Positions 55,401 to 64,000 of a stretch of DNA of 64,000 bases are shown here, one piece after another (within the stretch, counting starts at the first letter, position 1; the number at the start of each line of letters is the position of its first letter). The position numbers were made by a program, and so were the translations under genes. The notes under the pieces are model-generated. The model saw only the letters and a program-made list of their open reading frames with translations. It ran no database searches and was not told the DNA's origin. Source of the DNA: the human T2T-CHM13v2.0 reference genome, Homo sapiens; assembly GCF_009914755.1 (NCBI RefSeq), contig NC_060925.1; one strand, given 5' to 3'.

Positions 55401-58400
55401 TGCCTACAGGGGTATTTTGACATATCCCTGCACTGTTAACCGAGGTGATGTAACTCTTTTCTAGGCTGTGCCCACAGGGAGATTGAGACATATCTCTGCA
55501 CTGATCCCGAGGTGATCCAACTCTTGCCTGTTCTATGCCTAGTGGGGACATTGTGACATATCTCTGCACTGATCTCCCAGGTGACAGACTCTTATCTTGG
55601 ACCTGCCTATGGGGGCATTGTGACATATCTCTGCACTGATCACCCAGGTGATGTAACTGTTATAGGAGTTCTGCCTACAGGGGAATTGTGAGAGATCTCG
55701 CCACTGATCAACCAAGTGATGTAAATATTGTATAGGCTTTGCCTTCAGGGGGCTTTGTGACATACCTATGCACTGATCACACATGTGACGTAACTCATCT
55801 AAGTTCTGCCTACAGGAGCTTTGTGACATATCTCTGTACTGATCATTTAGGTGATGTAACACTTTTATAAGCACTGTCTACAGGGAATTTTGACAAATCT
55901 CCGCACCGATCACCTAGGTGATGTAACTCTTGTCTACCCTCTGCCCAAAGGGGGCATTGTGAAATATCTCTGTACTGATCTCCCAGGTGACTCAACTCTT
56001 GTCTTGCATCTGCCTACAGGGGGAATTGTGAAATATCTCTGCACTGATCAACTAGGTGATGTAACTCTTGTCTAGGCTCTGCCTACAGGGGCTTCTTCAA
56101 ATACCCCTGAACTGATGACAAAGGTGATGTAACTCTTGCCTAGGCTTTGACTACAGGGGACATTGTGACATATCTCTGCACTGATCACCCAGGTGATGCA
56201 ACTCTTCTCTATGCTCTGCCTACAGGGGATATTGTGACATATCTCTGCACTGATGACACAGGTGATGCAACTCTTCTCCATGCTCTGCCTAGAGGGGGCA
56301 TTGTGACATATCTCTGCACTGATCACCCAGGTGATGTAACTCTTTTCTAGTCTCTGCCTACAGACGGCGTTGTGACATCACTCTGCAAGGATCACCCGGG
56401 TTATGTAACCCTTCTCTAGGCTCTGCCTATGGGGGCATTGTGACTTATCTCTGCACAAATCAACCAAGAGATGTGACCCTTGTCTAAGCTCTGCCTAGAG
56501 GGACATTGGGACATATCTCTGCACTGATCGCTGAGGTGATGTAAAACTTGTCTAGACTTGCCTACAGTGGGATTTATGACGTATCTCTGTACTGATCACC
56601 CAGGTGATGTAACTCTTGTCTATGCTCTGCTTACAGGGGTTATTGTGAGATATCTCTGCACTGATCACCCAGGTGATGTAACCCTTGTCTAGGCTCTGCC
56701 TACAGGGGCAGTTTAACATATCACTGCAATGATCACCGAGATGATGTAAGTCTTGTATAGGCTTCGCCGACAGGGGGCATTGAGACATGTCTCTTCACTG
56801 ATCACCGAGGTGATGCAACTCTTGTCTGGGATTTGCTTACAGGGGCATTGTGTCATATCTCTGCCCTGATCACCCAGGTGATATAATTCTTCTCTTGGAT
56901 CGGCCTACAGGGTGCTTTGTGACATATCCCTACAATGATCACCCAGGTGATGTACCACTTCTCAAGGCTCTGTCTACAGGGACATTGCAATGTATCTCGG
57001 CACTGATCACCTAGGTCATGTAACTCTTGTCTAGGCTCTGCCTACAGTGGCATTGTGACATATCTCTGCACTGATCATCCGAGTGATATAACCCTTGTGT
57101 AGTATCTACCTAAAGGAACTTTGTGACATAACTCTGCACTGATCATCCCAGTGATGGGGGTTTTGTCTAGGCTCTCCCTAAGGGGAAATTGTGACATATT
57201 TCTGCACTGATCACCCAGGTGACGGACTCTTGTTTTGGATCTACCTATGGGTGCACTGTGACATATCTCTGCACTGATCACCCAGGTGATGTAACTGTTG
57301 TATAAGCTCTGCCTACAGGGAATCTGTGAGAGATCTTGCCAGTGATCACCCAAGTGAAGTAACTATTGTCTAGGCTTTGCCTATAAGGGGCTTTGTGACA
57401 TACATTTGCACTGATCTCCCAGATGATGTAACTCATCTAAGTTCTGCCTTCAGGAGCTTTGTGACTATCTCTGCACTGATCACTTAGGTGATGTAACACT
57501 TTTATAAGCACTGCCTACAGGGAATTTTGACAAATCTCTGCACTGATCACCTAGGTGATGTAACCGTTGTCTACCCTCTACCCAAAGGGGGCATTGTGAA
57601 ATATCTCTGCACTGATCAACCAGGTGATTCAACTCTTGTCTAGGATCTGCCTAGAGGGGATATTGTGAAATATCTCTGCACTGATCAAATAGGTGATGTA
57701 ACTCTTGTCTAGGCTCTGCCTACAGGGTCGTTTTCACATAAACCTGGACTGATGACAAAGGTGATGTTACTCTTGCCTAGGGTTTGCCTACAGGGGACAT
57801 TGTGACATATCTCTGCACTGATCACCCAGGTGATGCAACTCTTCTCTATGCTTTACCTACAGGGGATATTGTGACATATCTCTACACTGATCACTCAGGT
57901 GATGCAACTCTTCTCTATGCTCTGCCTACAGGGGGCATTGTGACATACCTCTGCACTGGTCACCCAGGTGATGTAACTCATTTCTAGGCTCTGCCTACAG
58001 AGGGCGTGGTGACATCACTCTGCAAGGGATCACTCGGGTTATGTAACACTTGTCTAGGCTCTGCCTATGGGGGCATGGTGACTTATCTCTGCACTGATCA
58101 CCCAGGAGATGTGACTCTTGTCTAAGCTCTGCCTAGAGGGACATTGGGACGTATCTCTGCATGGATCGCTGAGATGATGTAAAATTTGTCTAGGCTTTGC
58201 CTTCAATGAGATTTATGACATATCTCTGCATTGATCACCCAGGTGATGTAACTCTTGTCTAGACCCTGCTTACAGAGGTTATTGTGAGATATCTCTGCTC
58301 TGATCACCCAGGTGATGTAACTCTTGTCCATCCTCTGCCTACAGGGGCATTTTGACATATCACTGCACTGATCACCGAGATGATGTAAGTCTTCTATAGG

Positions 58401-61400
58401 TTTCGCCGACAGGGGGCATTGAGACATATCCCTGCTCTGATCACTGAGTTGATGCAACTCTTGTCTGGGATCTGCTTACAGGGGGCATTGTGACATATCT
58501 CTGCCCTGATCACCCAGGTGATGTAACCCTTGTCTAGGCTCTGCCAAAAGGGGGCATTGTGACATAACTCTGCACTGATCATCCAGGTGATGGGACTCTT
58601 TTCTACGCTCTGCCTACAGGGGCATTGTGACATGTCTCTACCAGTGATCATGCAGATGATGTAACTGTTGTCTATATCTGTCCACTGGAGGCATTGTGGC
58701 GCATTTCTACACTGATCACCCAGGTGATGGACTCTTGTCTTGGATCTGCCTATGGGGGAATAGTGACCTATCTCTGCACTGATCACTCATGTGATGTAAC
58801 GCTTGTCTAAGCTGCGTGCAAAGGGGATTGTGACAGATATCTCCACTGATCACCCAGGTGATGTAACAATTTTCTTTGATTTGTCTACAGGGAGCTTTGT
58901 GACATATCTTTGCACTGATCTCCCAGGAGATGTAACTCTTGTTTAGGCCAATCCTATAGGGTTTTGTGACATATTTCTGCACTGATCACCCAGGTGATGT
59001 AACCCTTGTCTAAGCTCCGCATAAAGGGGCTTTGTGACATATGTCTGTACTGATCACCCAGGTGATGTAACTCTTTTCTAGGCTCCACCTCCATGGGGTA
59101 TTGTGACGTATCTCTGCATTGATCACCCAGGTGATGTAACTCTTGTCCAGGCTCCACCTACAGGGTGTATTGTGATGTATCTCTGCACTGATCACCCAGG
59201 TGATGTAACATTTATATAGGCTCTGCCTACAGGGGCGTTTTGACATAGCTCTGCACAGATCACCTAGGTTATGTAACACTTGTCCACTCTCTGCCTACAG
59301 GGACACTGTGAAATATCACTGCACTGATCCCTCATGTGATGTAACGCTTGCCTAAGCTGCGCCTAAAGGGGAATTGTGGCAGATATCTCCACTGATCACC
59401 CAGGTGATGTAACAATTTTCTAGGATTTTTCTACAGGGCTCATTGTGACATATCTTTGCACTGATCACCCAGGAGATGTAACTCTAGTCTAGGCTCGGCC
59501 TACAGGGGCTTTGTGACATATTTCTCCACTGATCACCCAGGTGGTGTAACTCTTGTTCAGGCTCTGCCTTCAGGGATTTTTGTGACATATCACTGCACTG
59601 ATCACCGAGGTGATGTAAACCTTGTATGGGCTTTGCCTACAGAAGTCTTTGTGACATATTTCTGCACTGATCTCTGAGGTGATGCAACTCTTGTCTAGGC
59701 ACTGCCCACAGTGGAGATTGGAACATATCTCTTCTCTAATCACCCAGGTGATGGACTCTTGTCTTAGATCTGCCTACATGGACATTGTGACACATCTCTG
59801 AACTGATCAACCAAGTGATGAAACTCTTGTCTAGGCTCTGTCTACAGGGGCTTTGTGAAACATCTCTGCACTGAAAACCCTGGGGAGGGAACTCTTGTTT
59901 ACGCTTTGCCTACAGGAGGCTTTATGACTTATACCTGCACTGATAACCTATGTGATGTAACACTTGTCTAGCTCTGTCTATACGGGAATTCTCACATTTC
60001 TCTGCACTGGTCACCCAGGTGACGGACTCTTGTCTTGGATCTGCCTATGGGCGCAATGTGACATATCTCTGCACTGATCACCCAGGTGATGAAACTGTTG
60101 TATAAGCTCTGCCTATAGGGGACCTGTGAGAGATCTCGCCAGTGATCACCCAAGTGAAGTAACTATCGTCTAGGCTTTGCCTAGAGGGGGCTTTGTGACA
60201 TACCTTTGCACTGATCACCGAGGTGATGTAACTCATCTGAGTTCTGCCTACAGGAGCTTTGTGACATATCTCTGCACTGATCACTTAGGTGTTGTACCAC
60301 TTTTATAAGCACTGCCTACAGAGAATTTTGACAAATCTCTTTACTGATCACCTAGGAGATATTACTCTTGTCTACCCTCTGCCGAAAGTGGGCATTGTGA
60401 AATATCTCTGCACTGATCTCCCAGGTGATTCAACTCTTCTCTAGGATCTGCCTACAGGGGGTATTGTGAAATATCTCTGCACTGATCAACTAGGGGATGT
60501 AACTCTTGTCTAGGCTCTGCCTACAGGGGCTTTTTCACATATCCCTGAACTGATGAAAAAGGTGATGTAATTCTTGCCTAGGCTTTGCCTACAGGGGACA
60601 TTGTGACATATCTCTGCACTGATCATCCATGTGATGCAACTTTTCTCTATGCTCTGCTAATAGGGGGCATTGTGACACATTTCTGTACTGATCACCCAGG
60701 TGATGTAACTCTTTTCTAGGCTCTGCCTACAGAGGGCGTGGCGACATCACTCTGCAAGGCATCAACCGGGTTATGTAACACTTGTCTAGGCTCTGCCTAT
60801 GGAGGCATTCTGACTTATCTCTGCACTAATTACCCAGGAGATGTGTCTCTTCTCTAATCTCTGCCTAGAGGGACATTGGGACATATCTCTGCACGGATCA
60901 CTGAGATGATGTAAAACTTGTCTAGGCTTTGCCTTCAATGAGATTTATGACATATCTCTGCACTGATCACCCAGGTGATGTAACTCTTGTCTAGGCTCTG
61001 CCTACAGGGGTTATTGTGAGATATCTCTGCTCTGATCACCCAGGTGATGTAACTCTTGTCCATCCTCTGCCTACAGGGGCATTTTGACATATCACTGCAC
61101 TGATCACCGAGATGATGTAACTCTTCTATAGGCTTCGCCGACAGGGGGCATTGAGACATATCTCTGCACTGATCAGCGAGGTGATACAACTCTTCTCTGG
61201 GATCTGCTTACAGGGGGCATTGTGATATATCTCTGCCCTGATCACCCAGGTGATGTTACTCTTGTCTAGGCTCTGCCTACTGGAGACATTTTGACATATC
61301 TCAGCACTGATCACCCAGGTGATGTCACCTTTGTCAAGGATATGGCTACAGGGACAATGTGACATGTCACTGCACTGATCACACAGCTGATGTCACCATT

Positions 61401-64000
61401 GTCTAGGCTCTGGCTACAGGGGTTTTGTCACACATCTCTGCACTGTTCACCCAGGTGATGTAACCCTTGTCTAGGCTCGGCCTACAGGGGCTTTGTGACA
61501 CATTTCTGTACTGATCACCCAGGTGATGTAACTCTTGTCTAGGCTCCGCCTACAGGGGGTATTGTGACGTATCTCTGCATTGATCACCCAGGTGATGTAA
61601 CTCTTGACTAGGCTCCACCTACAGGGTGAATTCTGACGTAACTCTGCACTGATCACCCAGGTGATGTAACATGTATCTAGGCCCTGCCTACAGGGGCGTT
61701 TTGAAATAGCTCTGCACAGATCACCTAGGTTATGTAACACTTGTCCACTCTCTGCCTACAGGGACATTGTGAAATATCTCTGCACTGATCATGCAGGTAA
61801 TGGGACCCTTCTCTATACTGTGCGTAGAGGGAGTATCTGACATATTTCTTCAATGATCACCCAGGTGATGGAAGTCTTATCTAGGCTCTGTCTATGAGGG
61901 CATTGTGTCAAATATCTGCACTGATCACCCAGGTGATGTAACTCTTTTCTAGGCTCTGTCTACAGGGATTTTTGTGATATATCACTGCACTGATCTCCTA
62001 GGTCATGTAAGCATTGTATGGGCTTTGCCTACAGAAGGCTTTGTGACATATCTATGCACTGATGATCCAAGTGATGTAACTATTGTCTAGGATGTGCCTA
62101 AAGGGCCTGTGTGACATAACTCTGCACTTATCATCCAGGTGATGGGGTTTTTGTCTAGGCTCTGCGTAATGGGGCATTGTGACACCTTTCTGCATTGATC
62201 ACCCAGGTGACGGACTCTTGTCTTGGATCTGCCTATGGGGGCATTTTGACATATCTCTACACTGATCACCCAGCTGATGTAACAGTTGTATAAGCTCTGC
62301 CTACAGGGGAATTGTGAGAGATCTCGCCACTGATCACCCAAAGGATGTAACAATTGTCTAGTCTTTGCCTACACGGGGCTTTGTGACATACCTTTGCACT
62401 GATCACCCAGGTGATGTAACTCATCTAAGTTCTGCCTACAGGAGCTTTGTGACATATCTCTGCACTGATCACTTATGTGATGTAACACTTTTGTAAGCAC
62501 TGCCTACAGGGAATTTTGACAACTCTTTGCACTGAACACCTAGGTGATGTAACTCTTGTATACCCTCTGCCCAAAGGGGGTATTGTGAAATATCTCTACA
62601 CTGATCACCCAGGTGATTCAACTCTTGTCTAGGATCTGCCTACAGGGGGTATTGTGGAATATCTCTGCACTGATCAACTAGTTGATGTAAGTCTTGTGTA
62701 GGCTCTGCCTACAAGGGCATTTTCACATATCCCTGAACTGAAGAAAAAGGTGATGTAACTCTTGCCAAGGCTTTGCCTACAGGGACATTTTGACATATCT
62801 CTGCACTGCTAACCCATGTGATGCAACTCTTGTCTATGTTCTGCCTACAGGGGGCATTGTGAAATATCTCTGCACTAATCACCCAGGTGATGTAACTCTT
62901 TCCTAGTCTCTGCCTACAGAGGGCGTTGTGACATCACTCTGCATGGATCAACCGTGTTACATAACTCTTGTCTAGGCTCTGCCTATGGGGGCATTGTGAC
63001 TTATCTCTGAACTGATCACTCAGGAGTTGTGACTCTTGCCTAAACTCTGCCTGGAGGGACATTGTGAGATATCTCTGCACTGATCTTCCAGGTGCTGTAA
63101 CATTAGTCTAGGCTCTGGCTACACGGCATCGTGACATATCACTGCACTGATCACCCAGGTGATATAACCTTTGTGTAGGCTCTGCCTACAGGGATCTTGT
63201 GACATATCTCTGCACTGATCACCCAAGTGGCATAACTCTTCTCTAGGATCGGCCTACATGGTGCTTTGTCACATATCCCTGCAATGTTCACCCAGGTGAT
63301 ATACCACTTGTCAGGGCTCTGCCTACAGGGACATTGCGATGTATCTCGGCACTGATCAACTAGGTCACGTAAATATTGTCTAGGCTCTGACTACAGTGGC
63401 ATTGTGACATATCTCAGCACTGATCATCCTAGTGATGTACCTCTTGTCTAGGATCTGCCTAAAGGGACTTTGTGACATAACTCTGCACTTATCATCCAGG
63501 TGATGGGGCTTTTGTCTAGGCTCTGCCTAATGGGGCATTGTGACACATTTCTGCAATGATCACCCAGGTGACGGACTCTTGTCTTGGATCTGCCCATGGG
63601 GGCATTGTGACATATCTCTACACTGATCACCCAGCTGATGTAACAGTTGTATAAGCTCTGCCTACAGGGGAATTGTGAGAGACCTCGCCACTGAGCACCC
63701 AAGGGATGTAACAATTGTCTAGTCTTTGCCTACAGGGAGCTTTGTGACATACCTTTGCACTGATCACCCAGGTGATGTAACTCATCTAAGTTCTGCCTAC
63801 AGGAGCTTTGTGACATATCTCTGCACTGATCACTTATGTGATGTATCACTTTTGTAAGCACTGCCTACAGGGAATTTTGACAACTCTTTGCACTGAACAC
63901 CTAGGTGATGTAACTCTTGTATACCCTCTGCCCAAAGGGGGTATTGTGAAATAGATCTGCAGTGATCACCCAGGTGATTCAACTCTTGTCTAGGATCTGC
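52416..64000 (-). repeat. Beta satellite block 8 (runs off the window end)
   Basis: Tandem 68-bp monomers with internal 1.36-kb and ~2.7-kb duplications. Confidence 0.97.

Overview
This is primate heterochromatic DNA (human or great ape), not a microbial locus. About 46 kb is tandem 68-bp beta satellite (Sau3A/BSR). Seven GC-rich D4Z4-derived cassettes interrupt it, all on the minus strand: six of about 2.75 kb and one truncated to about 0.95 kb. Each full cassette has, in order: a D4Z4 promoter (DBE, GC box, TATAA), a DUX4-like double-homeobox frame, the exon-2/KpnI region, and a pLAM/exon-3-like tail fused to satellite. This matches the LSau/D4Z4-like plus beta-satellite composite known from acrocentric short arms and pericentromeres; I cannot assign the chromosome. 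All seven DUX4-like frames are disabled, each by different lesions. I support no intact gene, RNA gene, transposon or CRISPR array. The main observations are: (1) the position of the FSHD-permissive ATTAAA poly(A) signal is an ordinary satellite hexamer here (GTCACA in five copies, ATCACA in one); (2) the pLAM tail is a degenerate copy of the DUX4 5'UTR and start with the ATG deleted; (3) copy 3 is one nonsense codon away from a 424-codon ORF; (4) ordered variant monomers reveal cassette-loss scars, a probable gene-conversion tract and young 1.36-kb and 2.7-kb duplications. Comparisons to reference D4Z4, DUX4 and pLAM are from memory and need alignment to confirm.
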